Origin: Rhynchopus sp. YZ270_cl-10
Lineage: Eukaryota
Length of the DNA: 64,000 nt
Assembly: GCA_964035575.1 (NCBI GenBank)
Contig: OZ037841.1
Location: 992,001 to 1,056,000 of the forward strand
Reading direction: 5' to 3'
Below the pieces are notes generated by a model, which was not told the DNA's origin, ran no database searches, and saw only the letters and a list, made by a program, of their open reading frames with translations. Shown here in pieces: positions 20,694 through 33,607 of this stretch; position 1 is the stretch's first letter, and each line of letters opens with the position of its first letter. The translations under genes and the position numbers were made by a program.

Positions 20694-22221
20694 ACCAGGG
20701 GTGGGGTTCCTTATGAGCGGAATATTGACCAGAAATGGATGTGGTTGTGTTGGTTTTCCTTGCAGCTGGCTTAGTATGAGTACGCAGGGTTTGGTCTTTT
20801 ACCAAAACAAAAAGTTTTTTTTTTTAACCCTTCTTATTTTTTTTGATCCGATTCGGCTTCTGGCCTGCTATGCAGTGTTTTCACTGCTTCTTTGTTGTGA
20901 TGTGTGTTTTTTTTATTTTGTTTTTTTTGTATCCCAAACCAACTTTTTAACCTATCATACAAGCAAACGGGGTGACGACATCATTCCCGAACAACTGTCT
21001 TTGTATCGAAGCGGAGATGCTCACCCCATCTTCAAAACCCAACGTTGTTCCAGCGCGATAACGACAGTGGTAAAGATGCGAGAGAGAGAGAGGCATTTCA
21101 GGTTTTCTTGTTTTGCTTGGGGAAAAAAAATGGAATTTTGGGATACTGTAAACCTCTTTCTTCAAGGGAAGATGTATCCTGTGATGTTGGGCATCAGATT
21201 TGCGTTGTTTGAGTGAAACACCCACCAAAAGATGGAGGGGAGGTGGGTAGGTGAAGAGTCGATACCGAACAGAAGTGTTTATCTGTGTCGAGTAGTATAA
21301 TAACGTTGTGTGGTGTGGCTGAACCCAAAAAAAAAAATGTAAACTTTTGTGGGCTTCTAGTCGACTTCTAGTGGAGGCGAAATAGCAGGTTTCAGTCGCA
21401 CCATTGTGGAAACAAAGAAAGGAATAGTGTAGTGGAGCACACACTAGGGTGGCTACACTAATACAACCAAGTTTTCAAAAAAAGGAGGAAAAAAAAAATG
21501 TCTCGAGTTGGCCATCCAAAATTTTGAAGCTTCCCGGTCATCTATTGCCGTGTTGTGAGAAATATCTTTGGACCCAGTGTATCAAAATTGTATCTACAGG
21601 TACACAATACCCTGGCCGCTATTTGCGAATGTTATAGACGCTGAGTGAATGTTCCCTCTCTTCGTTTTTTTAATATTTCTCTCTTTTTTTCTCTCTCTTT
21701 TTTACTCGTCAAATATAATCACTGATTACTACCTTCATAGTGTTTGAAGCCCCCTCATCACAGCGCTTAAGTCCTGTTCTCTCTTTTTTTTGACCCTCAA
21801 AAAAAAAAAACTTTCACGAATAAATGTATGCACAGCAAGACGCATTTATTCGAGGTTCTTTAGTCTATTTTTGTTTTTGTTAAAACTTTTTCACAGAACC
21901 CGTATTTCAAAAAAAAATAGCAGTGGCAGGTCTCCTGTCTATAACTCGAACAATAAAAAAAAAACATAGTGGAGTTCATCCTCGGGTGTCTGCACTAATA
22001 CACATGTCACAACACATATTTCGTCTCTTTTTTGCCCCAATGTGTGTTCCTGACGGTAGTCTTGGAGACGTTAGCACCGAATTCTCATTTTTTCTTTTTT
22101 GTTTCGTTTTGTTTTGCAGAAAGTTTCGTTTTTTTTTTATATTCGCAAAACTTGCGTCTTCTTCCTCACTTATCCCATACCCCATACCCCTCTGATAAAC
22201 AGTGTCCGTAGTCACCTTCTT

Positions 22222-22302
22222 GGCCGCAGGGTACTTTGTGCTTTCATCCGGATGGCTGGCATCGTACAGTGGGTCAGCCGGCGATGTGCCTGCATCAATA
22301 AC
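22222..22302 (+). repeat. Module D long hairpin (type copy)
   Basis: gcagggtac...catccggatggctggc-loop-gtcagccggcgatg-tgcctgc. Copies at 26298, 36363, 57338 and partial copies at 1026 and 39210. Confidence 0.8.
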
Positions 22303-22337
22303 CCTTCCTGTTGTCATGCTCAATAAGGTAACTATCA

Positions 22338-22452
22338 CACGGCGATCATTGTACCCCTGGAAACAAGCAAAGTGACATGCTCAAGCATGTTACTGTTTTT
22401 AATGTTACGTAACAAGGAAAATAGCATGTTACTCGGGGTCCTGGTCACCGTG
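22338..22452. mobile_element. MITE with CACGG termini, 2-bp TSD CA
   Basis: TIR cacggcgatca / tggtcaccgtg with internal CATGTTAC repeats. A related sequence lies inverted at about 58460-58620. Confidence 0.55.
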
Positions 22453-22456
22453 CACA

Positions 22457-22646
22457 CACGACAGACTCGTCAGGGGGACTACTAGTGGAACTACTAGTGT
22501 TAAACTAGTGTTACTGGCGTAACACTAGTCGTTACTTAAAACCATTCATAACAACTAGTGCTAAACGATTGGTGTAACACTAGTCGTAAAACACTAGTCA
22601 GTTGGACTAGTAGCACTACTAGTAGTCCCCTGACCAGTCTGCCGTG
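22457..22646. mobile_element. MITE, CACGAC family, 2-bp TSD CA
   Basis: About 30-bp TIR cacgacagactcgtcagggggactactagt / actagtagtcccctgaccagtctgccgtg. Confidence 0.8.
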
Positions 22647-23328
22647 CACGAGGCACGAGCCGGGGGGCTCCCTTTTATTACACGGCGACACTTTTGTTTT
22701 CACAGTGACTCGTCGTGTAGGTGACAAAACAGGCATCTTTTTTTGTTCTCTCTTTTGAGCCACCAGAGCATACACAGTTCACGCCTTATTTGCGTGCAAA
22801 TTCTTCCCCTTTCTCTGATGGTGGCTCATATCTAGTGTACGTCTCTCGCCTGACGCCTATTTCAAGTCAACTTTTGATTGAGGAAGCGGAGCGGAAGAGG
22901 GGGCATATCTGATGGTATCCTCGAAATGGATTGTAGGGAAAAAAGCTTGGTTGCGGGTCACACCCCACTCTACGGTGTACGAGGCATGAGCCAAAAATCT
23001 GGTTATTTTGGGAAACCAAAAATAATCGTCGAGGACCTTCTGGAGTACAAACAAGGCCAAACCATTGAGTACAGACCCCTCTGCCCACCTGATTTTTGCC
23101 TGATGTTGGTGGGGCGTAGTGGTGTTTGGTGGTGTTTAAGTGCCACCAAACTCCAAGGCAAAATGAGGTGGGTCATCTCCTTGTTCGCTTTCTTTCCATA
23201 GTTTTTTTTTAAACCCCCAGAAAAGTTATGATGGATTACTGTTTTTTTTTTTTTGATTTTTTTACGTGTTTCGCACCTTCATTTACTCAAATAACTCTCC
23301 CTTATTCCCTGTGCTTCTTTATTGCCGC

Positions 23329-23371
<43 letters not shown>

Positions 23372-24033
23372 CCTTTCATTTTTTCCCCCTGATTTTTTCT
23401 AGTATTTTTACGGTTTAGTCATTTGGTTTTGTACTTCTTTTCAGTCCACTGTTCAATTCTTTTGTACAGATGTGTACGCAACGTGAAGCATGCTCATCTT
23501 TCTACCCCCCCTTTTGTTTTTTTTTGGGTTTTTCTGAGGTGCAAAACCTCCGGGTCAGGGATAGCAAACAATCTTCATGCGTCTTGTATAGACAACACTA
23601 CAATTAACAGATTCAGCTATTGCCCTGAACAGATTAACAAAAAAAAGCTAACAAACAAACAAAACAAAGATAAATTCGAAACCCATTTCGCCCTTTATCG
23701 GGCGATATTGTGTACATAATCAGTCTTCCGGATTGATGCATTTTTTTTTGTCCACGGAACAAAACGGAAAAAAAAAATCGTGTCTGATACAAAATGCGTG
23801 TTGTTAAAAAACCCTCCAAAAAATGCATCAATTTCTTGTCCTCCAGTGCCCTTGCCTCCAGCGCCGGGTTTTGTTTGGTCAGGTGGTTTGCATTTTTTTT
23901 TCCCCCCCAAAAAAAAAAATCTGTTGTTGTTGGTCGTAGGGTACTTTCTAACGCTTTCATCGCTGGCATCGAGCGTGGGTCGGTCCGGAGGGGTGCCCTA
24001 CATCAGCACCTTCTCTTTCAACAGATTGTCAAC

Positions 24034-24203
24034 CCCGAAATGGATTGTACGACTTGCATGGTTGTGGGGTCCACCCTGGTCCACCCCACGGTGCACCGGT
24101 CCTGCACCAAAGGTACGCTTTGCGAGAGGCATATCAGCGTTTTCCTTTTTCTTGTGACAGTGTATGGTACACTGTTCACGAGAAGGCTTTTTGTATTTCA
24201 AGT
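24034..24203 (+). repeat. Module C multi-stem element (type locus, partly duplicated)
   Basis: cgaaatggattgta(g/c)gact(t)gcatggttg...ccaccccacggtgca...gtaccaaa(a)ggtacactgttcacgagagggctttgtatttcaagt consensus. About a dozen full or partial copies. Confidence 0.8.
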
Positions 24204-24590
24204 TACATTTCTTCTAAGATGTTGGTGTGCACGGGAGAGGCGCAGATTCATCTTTGCAAAAAATAAAAAAATATTCTCTTCTCTTTGCTTCGTACTTCTC
24301 TCCCCCCGTACTGTTCTTTACCCTATCCTATTTCTACCCCTGTATAGCGACTATGTGAGGTGTAGGCTGTTTTTTTTTAAATGGGATTTGATAATTAGGT
24401 GACTAAACACGAGAGGCTTGGGTTCATCTTACAAAACTTTTTTCTGTTTATTTCTAGTGTATGTGTCCACACAAAGACGCGTGCACTTTTTTCACGACTG
24501 AGCAGAGCGAGGCTTAGAATCATCTTACCAACCGATCCTATTTTATTTTATTTTATTTTATTTTTAAACCGCACAGGGCAGTCAGTGCCT

Positions 24591-24746
24591 CACGACAGAC
24601 TAGTCAGGGGTACTACTAGTAGTGCTATTAGTCCAAACGGCTAGAGTTTTACGACTAGTTTTACTATATCACTATAGCAGAGTTAGCAACGAGTCGTTGC
24701 GACTAGGAGTTCCACTATGTAGTACCTCTGACGGTAGTCCGTCGTG
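24591..24746. mobile_element. MITE, CACGAC family, 2-bp TSD CT
   Basis: TIR cacgacagacta / tagtccgtcgtg, flanked by CT on both sides. Inserted into a module-B repeat. Confidence 0.8.
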
Positions 24747-25337
24747 CTGTTGTGTCCCAGAGGGAGAGGGGGGACGGTGTGCTGTCAACTTCACTTTTTC
24801 TTTATTTTACAGTACGTTCCACCATATGTTGGGTGAGGCGTTTTTGTGATACCTTCAGCTTTTTTTGGGGGGAAAAATAAAGTTGAATAAAGAAAATAAG
24901 CATGGGGGAAAAAAGGTGTATCTATTTCTGTGCACTTTTAACTTCTCTTTATGTCTTTGCGCGAAGTTATTTTTTAAAACAACATCTTTCAGTTGGCCTT
25001 ACTAAAAGATTGGGAGCAGCGCTTTGGCAAACAAAACGGAAAACAAAGACATGATTTATAATTGACTGTTTTGATTCACTTTGATTCACACACGCCAACA
25101 CTAAATGCAGTTTCACACTTTTTCCACCTTTTTGTTTCGCCCAGCTTTGAGCGCACAAATAAAATACCCAATCTTTGTTGAAATTCTCTTTCGTTTCTCT
25201 CAGTTTCTTTTTGAAGAGTGTGACGACCTAGGTAGGACAACGTTAGTTCACTGTATTGTATATCCTGATGGTAAAAAAAAACACATCAAAAATACACATT
25301 TTAGGAGGGTGGGGCGGGGGGGGGAGGTTATTGTTCA

Positions 25338-25475
25338 CACGACGGACTACTCAGGGGGACTACTAGTGGAACTACTAGTCGTAACGACAAGTGTTAGACT
25401 AGTAGTGTTACTGGTGGAACGCTGGTCATTCGGACTAAGAGCACTACTAGTAGTACCCCTGACTAGTCCGTCGTG
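25338..25475. mobile_element. MITE, CACGAC family
   Basis: TIR cacgacggacta..cagggggactactagt / actagtagtacccctgactagtccgtcgtg. Flanks CA/TA. Confidence 0.8.
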
Positions 25476-26409
25476 TACACTTACAGCATCAGACAACGTT
25501 TCTTCGCACCCTTTATTTATTTTTGTTCAATTTTTTGTTATTTATTTTTGTGTCCTTTTCTCCCCTAAACAAGTATTCTTGCATACTGTCATCCACAACG
25601 TGATCTGCTTCTCCCACCTCCCTTTCACCATGACTGTCTCCCCCCAACTCTCTCCAAAAACAAAAAAAAAGTAACCGAAATAAAAAAACAACAACACAAA
25701 AAATGATTTCAACATTTTTTTCACTCAACAACCCACCTTCTCTACCTCCCCAAAAAACAAAAACAAAAAACAAAACAAAAAGTAAAGCATAAAATAACAA
25801 AAAATCAATTCCCATCCCCACTTCTTATAACACATCGCTTCACCCAATCACCGGTTTACTACCCACCCTCTGTACAATTTGGTTCAGCGGGAGGGGTTTA
25901 CCTTGTCTTGTAATGCACTATCGGAGTTCAGAAGAAGAAAAAAGTAGGAAAAGATAGCAAAGGGGTTAAAGCAAAGATAGATGAGGGTTGCACGGTCGGG
26001 GGGGTCCACCCCACGGTGCATCGGTTGTACCAACGGTACACCGTTTATGAGAGGGTTTTTGTATTCCAATGACACATTGGGTGCAAAGGCCACGAAACGG
26101 TCATTGTACCTACCAAAGGTCCAACACCACGACACCATTCGAGAAAAGAAGTAACAAAAGGTAGACCAGGGGAGCAGAGATATTTTTTTTTTCCTTTTTT
26201 CGGAACGTGGAGATTGCCCACAGGAGGCATACCGCACGTCCTCACGTTTTTTTTTTTCTTCTTTTTTTTTCTTTTCCCCTCCTCATCTGGTGTTATTGGC
26301 CGCAGGGTACTTTATGCTTTCATCTGAGGCTGATCGTACATTTGGTCGGTCGGGAAGGTGCCTGCATCAATTAACTGCCTTTTTTTTTTCTCGTACCATT
26401 TTCATTTTA

Positions 26410-27357
26410 CTGGGGGGGGGCTAATACAAGTACCCCCGGGTAATACAAGTACCCCTGCAAATACAAGTACCCCCCGGGTTTTTCGACTTCAATTAATTTA
26501 TATTTTTAATACAAGTACCCCCCACTTTTGTGTACGTTTTTCTTAGCAGGTGGTGCCAAAAAAATTTTCCCAGCAATTTTTACCACAAAAATCGAGAATT
26601 TCTTTTTTCTATTTCGGTGCCAGGCTTTGCGCTAATTGTTGGCCCTTGGCCCGGGATTTTTGGATATTTTTGTGGTGCGTTTTTTGCAAACCGGGGTTTC
26701 TTTACCAAAACCAGAGAATCTCATATTTCATAGTAAGGGTACTTTAGAGTGTTTTTGTACCCACATGTGACCCCACCGTGGAGAGCAATCAGCTCGCGCA
26801 ATCAAAATAAACCAGAGAAAAGAAAAAACGAAAAAAGTTGGGTACCGTGCACCTGCGGCGCTACCTGTTCCCAGTCAAAAACACCACAATTTCATCTGAA
26901 ATTGGGTTTTCAGACTGAAAATGCCCCTTGTTTAGGAGTCTGGGTTCATATTTTGTGAAAATTTAAGTCACTAAAATTTTGTCCATTTTCCCGAATATGC
27001 CCCACCACAGCGCGGGATTGTCTCAGAAATGCCACAAAACACTGTTTTTTCACCCCAGACGTTACCCGTCGCAACTATTTGAGGTGCGTTTTTTTGGGCC
27101 CGAAACATGATTTTCAGATTTTTTCCAAAAGTTAGCGCGAAGCCTGCTTCACACCTTTTCTCTTTTCTCGATTTTTCGGATTTTTGCTAAGGCGTTGTCC
27201 CATATAAAAAAAATTATTTTCCCCCCATACAAAATGTACAGGGAAAAAGTTTTTAATACAAGTACCCCCATCACCTTTTTTATTTTTGAAAAACCCGGAT
27301 CTATTAGTTTTACCCGCTCAATACAAGTACCCGGTACTTGTATTAGCTCCCCCCCAG
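26410..27357. mobile_element. Non-autonomous TIR element, probable TA TSD (Tc1/mariner-like)
   Basis: TIR ctgggggggggctaatacaagtacc / ggtacttgtattagctcccccccag, flanked by TA on both sides. AATACAAGTACCC is reiterated near both ends. Confidence 0.75.
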
Positions 27358-28347
27358 TAAAATGGGAGTGATTTTGCTGTGTGTTTCTTTTACCTTCTAT
27401 TCGTGTAGGGTTTTGAGATTCGACCCTTCCGGAGGTACCAGGATCGTGCACGGCAGCACATTTTTGTTCTTCTTCTGTTCTTGATTATAACCTCGAAATG
27501 AATGTAAGGGACTTCAAGGTCGGTGGGGTCACCCCCTACCAAAAGGTACACAAGCCCACCGAGAGGGCTTTTGTATTTTTCAAGCATCGTTTCCTTTATC
27601 GTTTTTCTTTTCCTTTTTGATCTTCTCTTCTCTTATTTCTCCTTTTTTTCTTTCAAGGTGACTGAGTACATGAGACTTAGGTTCATCTGACAAATTCTTG
27701 TTTTTCTTCTTCTCGCAAAAGCAACCCCCTTGCTTTGAGTACAACACACAGAAGAGAACAATAAAAAAAATGTGCAGGCCACTTTGCGTTGGCCGACCGT
27801 CATCAGGTTTTCAAAAAAAACAAGTAATTGCTATCGGAAAAAAAACGGGGTGTGATGTGGAACTCCATCCTGTAGAAATAATCTACAATAAGCCCAGCAT
27901 TCTGCTCTTCTGCAGGTATGTTAACGCTCTTCGTACACTGCCAGACCCACTGGGACTCCAGCATCTGAAACGTTCAAGAAGGGGGGCTGTCCTCTTCGTC
28001 CAGCACCATCTGCTCGATAGCGTTGTTGGACGCCCGCTCGGCAGGCTCGGCGTGGTCCAGCTCGTTTTTGTCCACAGGCTCCCCACATTGTCGTCGTCGT
28101 TGGAGCAGTGCGGAAGGAACACAGAATGCACAGACTACAACACATCGATCACACCAGCAAATCGCCAGGATGCTACGGTGGTTTCGAAAATCGCGCGGAG
28201 TTTTCCACAGCACACCCGCTTTTTTCTTAGCAATTACTTGTCCTTGTTGTTATTGTTGTTTTCAACCACCTTCCTTCAACCCTTGTAGGATCAGTTGTTA
28301 TTTTTTTCGCGAAAACATGAAATTACACATTTCAAGAGAACAAATTA

Positions 28348-29140
28348 AAAAGGGTCCTTATTTGCATTTTTGGGATCCGCCCGTGCAGTGGTGGGGTCAA
28401 TCTCGAAAATTGGACAATTTTTTGAGCACTTAAATTTTGAGAAATATGAGCCCGGTTCCTTATACGTGGGGCCCATTTTCGGCTAAAATTTTCCTCAAAA
28501 TCTGGTTTTGTAAAATTGACCCTTTACTCCCCCCCCACATCGATTTCAATACTATACCTTACTTCACCTACGGTTGCCCTTACAGGGGGGGTGAAGGAAG
28601 GTAAGTTGAAAAGGGTCCTTATTTGCATTTTTGGGATCCGCCCGTGCAGTGGTGGGGTCAATCTCGAAAATTGGACAATTTTTTGAGCACTTAAATTTTG
28701 AGAAATATGAGCCCGGTTCCTTATACGTGGGGCCCATTTTCGGCTAAAATTTTCCTCAAAATCTGGTTTTGTAAAATTGACCCTTTACTCCCCCCCCACA
28801 TCGATTTCAATACTATACCTTACTTCACCTACGGTTGCCCTTACAGGGGGGGTGAAGGAAGGTAAGTTGAAAATTAAAAAGGGTCCTTATTTGCATTTTT
28901 GGGATCCGCCCGTGCAGTGGTGGGGTCAATCTCGAAAATTGGACAATTTTTTGAGCACTTAAATTTTGAGAAATATGAGCCCGGTTCCTTATACGTGGGG
29001 CCCATTTTCGGCTAAAATTTTCCTCAAAATCTGGTTTTGTAAAATTGACCCTTTACTCCCCCCCCACATCGATTTCAATACTATACCTTACTTCACCTAC
29101 GGTTGCCCTTACAGGGGGGGTGAAGGAAGGTAAGTTGAAA
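28348..29140. repeat. Tandem repeat, 3 x ~261-268 bp, essentially identical units
   Basis: Units begin 'aaagggtccttatttgcatttttgggatccgcc' near 28348, 28609 and 28877. Confidence 0.95.
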
Positions 29141-29180
29141 AAAAAGTGGAGCTTGCACGACTACACTACTCCAACAATTT

Positions 29181-29507
29181 CAGCCCCGCCGCTACCGTAT
29201 AAAGTTCTGTTGCGGCGCAACTTTACACTGTGCCCTATTTTTTTCTCTCGCCGGCGGCGTCATTTTATTATTTTTTTTGCTCCGCAAAAAATAATGAAGT
29301 CCCATCTCTTAGAGAGCCCCCTTACATTTTGCAGACAAACAATGCAACTTGACCAAGGCTGCAAAAAGTTGACCATTTTTTCAAAATGACTCGCGATTAG
29401 GGATCAGCTCGGAAATGCAAAAAGCGGCACTTTTTGGGTGCCGCAGACGCAAAAAAAAAAACTCCACAACTGAAAAAAAAATTTCAGAAATTATAGCGGC
29501 GGGGCTG
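29181..29507. mobile_element. Non-autonomous hAT-like element, 8-bp TSD AACAATTT
   Basis: TIR cagccccgccgcta / tagcggcggggctg with an identical 8-bp flank. Confidence 0.85.
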
Positions 29508-30446
29508 AACAATTTATTAGCAAAATGATTTTCAACAATTCGTCCCTATCCCATCATCCTTGATCAAAACTTTGAGACTATTGAGGCTTTAGGTTCATCT
29601 TTTTTTTGGTAGCCCCGTGGCCTTTCCCCTATTGGTATTGTGTTGCACCCCCACTGCCTTGAGTAGTGTGGAACCCTGTCACGTGGAACAACAAGAAGAC
29701 GTGGTCAGAGGCAGTACCAGGGTCAAGTGTTTGCACTAAACTCTACACTGTAGGTAATATTAACAATGAAAACATATCTGCCAGCTTTTCGGGGCGACTT
29801 TGTTGTACAGGAACCAGTCTCCGGGCAATGATGATTGTAGGTACAACCCTTTTTCAGATGTAAACCACGAAATAGATGATGTAGGACTGCATGGTTGGGT
29901 GTACCCCGGTACAGCCGGTCATTGTACCAAAAGGTACATTGTCAAAGAGAGAGGGCTTTGTATTTCAAGTCAGCTTTTTTAACCTCCCCTTTTGGATGTG
30001 AGAGCCCTTTCCTTACCATGATTTCTTCTTCTCTAAGATTTCTACAGAAAAAAAAAGACAGAAAAAATGTTGTTTTTTTTTTCGCGTTCTCTTCACTGCC
30101 TGTTTTCTTTTGTTCTTTTTTTTGGACATTGCGCACCTTTTTGGGTCTATGACTCTATCCCCTTTGTTGTGTTCTTACATTACAAATGGCATCTTCTCCT
30201 TGCCCCCCTCTCCCTAAACCACTATCTTCTCCCCCAAAATAATAATAAAATAAAATCCAAAAAAAACAATAGTACCCACCCATTTTCTATTCTTTACCAC
30301 CTAATCCCTTCAGCCCGTTTCATCCCCTTTTATCCCCTTCCATCTCCTTTCAACTACCACTCAAGGCCAATTTCCCCCCAAAAAAGGCCCCCCTTTTGAC
30401 GCTTTCGTCATACACATCACTGTTCAAAGCAACATATTGTTGACAC

Positions 30447-32222
30447 ATGGAGTTCTCTCTCGCCACAACCCGTCCTGTCACACGACGTGATTCTGGCGGC
30501 AGCGAGGGGCTTTCTTTACAAAGACAACGAGCGTTACGCGCAGACATCGTGGAGGAGCTTCCCAAGCAGTATAGTGCATATGACTTAATTCCTGAGGATG
30601 AAGTGCGGAAGTGGATGGCTGTGCAAGGCTTCAACGTACCGGACACCGTTACATCACGAGACGCGTTGGTTGAATTATACAAGGCAGCCCCTTTACCACT
30701 CACCGCGAACCACCACCTCAGCGTTGCTGAAGATGTATACGACAATCTGTGTGGTGCCTGCACGCAGAAGATTGTGGCATTCACGCAGCACCTTCGGTGT
30801 ACACGGTGTGCGGTTTTGCTCCATCCGCATTGTGGTCGTGCGGTGCACCCGACAGCACGACCTCTCGTCAAGAACGAAGTGTTCCGCTTGATTTCCATCC
30901 GACGCATCTGTGGCACCGAAGCGCTTGCCCGCTTCAACACCACAGTCGATTCATGCGATCCATTTGGGTTCTACCACGGCCAACGCGTCGGATCCCTCCG
31001 CGGAACCTTCGCTGGACGAAGAGGAACCGTAGTAGGAGTAGGCCAAGATAAAAAGCTCTACGTTCAATGGGACGGCGCAAGCGGCTGTCAAGCTCTTTTC
31101 GCGGGAGACCCGGGTTTGCAGGATACAGAACAGTTACAACGATGCCACGCACTCTTTGTTATACGGTGCTGCACCCAGGAGGGGCGGAGGGATTCTTTGT
31201 GCGACGATACCATCGTCAATTCGGTGGATGAACAGCTGGCATCACACCATGGCTGTGGTGTGGACGACTGGAAGAACAGCGGCGGGAGGAAGTGTTGTCC
31301 ACGCTGCCAGCAACCCTTTTCGCGCTACACACAATGTGATGAATGCGGGATCGTTGTTTTCAATGGCCTCGAATACCGAGAAGCACAGTGGGACGCACTG
31401 CTGGCATCGGATGAATACAAAACGTACCTCGCAAGCCACGACGACAGCCGTACCAGCATTCACGGGGCCTGCGAGATGGGTGAGCTCGACGATGTCCGCG
31501 TCCTCGTCAAAAACCGCTCCATGTGTCCCGACGCGCCCCTCCCCTCTGCCCTCTACACCTGGGCCGACGACCTTCGACGCACCCCCCTCCATGTAACAGT
31601 CCTCAGCCACCTCAAGCTACCAGGGTGGTACAAATCGCAAGACGTCCGTCTCCAGCACGAATGCCTCCAAGTCGATGTGGTGCGTCTCTTGCACGAGTTG
31701 GGATGTGATTTGAACAGACGTGACATAACCGGACGCACCGCTCTGCATTTGGCTGCAGAATTTTTAAGTCCATATCCGATTTTGGCAGATGAGGATACAT
31801 ATCTGAACAGAGCACAAAGCTTTCGTGCAAGGCAGCATGCTGATAAAAACCGAAGCAATTCGGACATATCACAGCGCTGGCCGGATGGTGTCCGGGTTCT
31901 GCATGAACTGCTTCGTTTAGGTGCCGATCCATCACTCAAAACGACGGCAGGAGAGTCCGCGCTGGACCTGATGACACCCATCGCCGCTGTGTACCCCAAC
32001 TACACCCAGCAGCGTCTGACACGCCTGCTCTCTGGCAAACAGAAGTGCGACAAGAGCGAGCACTACACAGCACGCCCTGCGTCGCACAGCATAGGGGCCT
32101 ACAAGGGGTCCTTCTACTCAGGGTCCAAGTCGAAGCCAAAGGCGAAGCCGAAGGTGGCCCCGAAGCGTGCAAGGAGTGTTTCTTTGCAGCGTGCTATGGG
32201 GGCGTCGCACTCGGCGTTGTGA
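30447..32222 (+). CDS. Multidomain protein: C1-like Cys/His finger, SH3-like beta repeat, Zn-finger, ankyrin repeats
   Basis: CGAC...CTRCAVLLHPHC; DPFGFYHGQRV...GTVVGV...LYVQWDG; CPRC...CDECG; ankyrin motifs RTPLH and GRTALHLAA, plus LLRLGADPSLKTTAGESALD. Confidence 0.8.
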   Translation: MEFSLATTRPVTRRDSGGSEGLSLQRQRALRADIVEELPKQYSAYDLIPEDEVRKWMAVQGFNVPDTVTSRDALVELYKAAPLPLTANHHLSVAEDVYDNLCGACTQKIVAFTQHLRCTRCAVLLHPHCGRAVHPTARPLVKNEVFRLISIRRICGTEALARFNTTVDSCDPFGFYHGQRVGSLRGTFAGRRGTVVGVGQDKKLYVQWDGASGCQALFAGDPGLQDTEQLQRCHALFVIRCCTQEGRRDSLCDDTIVNSVDEQLASHHGCGVDDWKNSGGRKCCPRCQQPFSRYTQCDECGIVVFNGLEYREAQWDALLASDEYKTYLASHDDSRTSIHGACEMGELDDVRVLVKNRSMCPDAPLPSALYTWADDLRRTPLHVTVLSHLKLPGWYKSQDVRLQHECLQVDVVRLLHELGCDLNRRDITGRTALHLAAEFLSPYPILADEDTYLNRAQSFRARQHADKNRSNSDISQRWPDGVRVLHELLRLGADPSLKTTAGESALDLMTPIAAVYPNYTQQRLTRLLSGKQKCDKSEHYTARPASHSIGAYKGSFYSGSKSKPKAKPKVAPKRARSVSLQRAMGASHSAL

Positions 32223-32791
32223 AAGGGGGGGAGTGATGGAGTGGGGGTACGGTGACCTAGTCATTAACAAGACTGGCACTCTGACGAACACTTTTACTGG
32301 AACAAAGCCTAACTTAAACTAGCATTTTACTGGCACATGACTGGCACTTTTACTGAATACATTACTAGTAAAATGACTGGCATGGTGCTGACTAGGCAAT
32401 ATGCTAGAAGGGAAAAAGCGTCTCTTTGTTGGGTCAAAGGCCACGCATGTTGATCGTGGTGTGACAGTGATGTGCCTTTGTGTCTGCGTTTTCCAAAAAA
32501 AAATCGTTCTTCTACAGTAACCAGAGCGCACATTGCGGGGCTTAGGTTCATACCAACCGTTAAGGTTGACTACACAACGAGAGGCTGTTCGTCTTATAAA
32601 CTTTTTCTTTCTTTTTTTTCATCTCAAAAATTTTTTTTTGTACCCTTTTGTCTATGCTTTTGTTCTCTTCTGTTATGCGATGCGAATCTCCCTCCTCTCC
32701 TCTTCTCTCCTTTTTGCACCTCCACATCACCACCATACCACCACAACACCACCACCTTCAGGACACATCAGGTCCCCCCCACCACCACACT

Positions 32792-33607
32792 ATGCAGCAC
32801 CCCACACTGCACCCGCTGTCCCCCGTGGAGGAGGTAGTCATGGGCACACATGTCCCCCCTGAGTGTGCACCACTGTCGCCGACCACGGCACTCCCCGGGT
32901 ACGTCATGCCAACGGTAGGGGAGGTGCACGCGCCTGCCTCCCTCCGTCCCATCTCGATCTCTGCCTTCCCTATGGGTCCACCAGAGGTCGTTATGGGGGA
33001 GGAGCTGCACACAGTCGCAGACCTGGCACAGCTCCCCGCAATGATTTTGAAAAGACAGACCGAATGGGACGGCGATCGCTTCGTACCTTACGCCGTTTTT
33101 TCTGACAAAAACGGAGACCCAGTTGGTGTCATTGATGTGGACAGTACCAAAGGGCTTGAGACGTTATGTGGATGCACCAGGTTTACTGCGACGTTGCGTT
33201 CCACCGCGACAGGGAAGGGGTTGGTGGAGATGCAACAAAAAGCAGTATGCTGCAGGTCAGATATGCTGGTAACGGATATGAGCAGTGTTCGGCGGCGTGA
33301 GGTAGGGAGGGCGACGGTGCCCTGCTGCTCCAGAGAGGTGGAGTTGACGGATGCGCTTGGTGTCGAGGTGGGACGTGTGTCGCGTGACAACCCAGACCCA
33401 GAAGCTGCACTGCACACCGCCAGCCAGCCAGCAAAGAGTGTCGCAAGTGTGCGTGGCGAGCTAGGAAGCAACCTCCGCGCACTTCACAACCGTTCCATGT
33501 ACGACCTACGCGACGTAGCGGAACCCGAAGAGAGCGCAGCCGAGATGCCTGTAGACGGGAAGTTGCTGCTGATAGCGGGAATTCTGCAGGTAGGGTTTGC
33601 GAAGTGA
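32792..33607 (+). CDS. Possible scramblase/LURP(tubby-C)-like protein with a Pro-rich N-terminus
   Basis: Pro-rich leader, Cys-Cys pairs (AVCCR, VPCCS), 'ELTDALGVEVGRV', and a C-terminal helix 'MPVDGKLLLIAGIL'. Start placed at the first ATG. Confidence 0.6.
   Translation: MQHPTLHPLSPVEEVVMGTHVPPECAPLSPTTALPGYVMPTVGEVHAPASLRPISISAFPMGPPEVVMGEELHTVADLAQLPAMILKRQTEWDGDRFVPYAVFSDKNGDPVGVIDVDSTKGLETLCGCTRFTATLRSTATGKGLVEMQQKAVCCRSDMLVTDMSSVRRREVGRATVPCCSREVELTDALGVEVGRVSRDNPDPEAALHTASQPAKSVASVRGELGSNLRALHNRSMYDLRDVAEPEESAAEMPVDGKLLLIAGILQVGFAK

Noticed and set aside
22222..22302. Module D as a hammerhead/HDV ribozyme or snoRNA
   Set aside because: I could not find CUGAnGA/GAAA cores, an HDV pseudoknot, C/D boxes or a terminal ACA/AGA box by eye. 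Not excluded without a covariance-model search.
27883..28288. GC-richer island with several short overlapping ORFs
   Set aside because: No recognisable domain in any frame. Possibly a gene relic, but unsupported.
32256..32396. Possible MITE with cctagtca/tgactagg ends and ACTGGCA repeats
   Set aside because: The TIR is only 8 bp, there is no TSD and it is single-copy here. Insufficient support.
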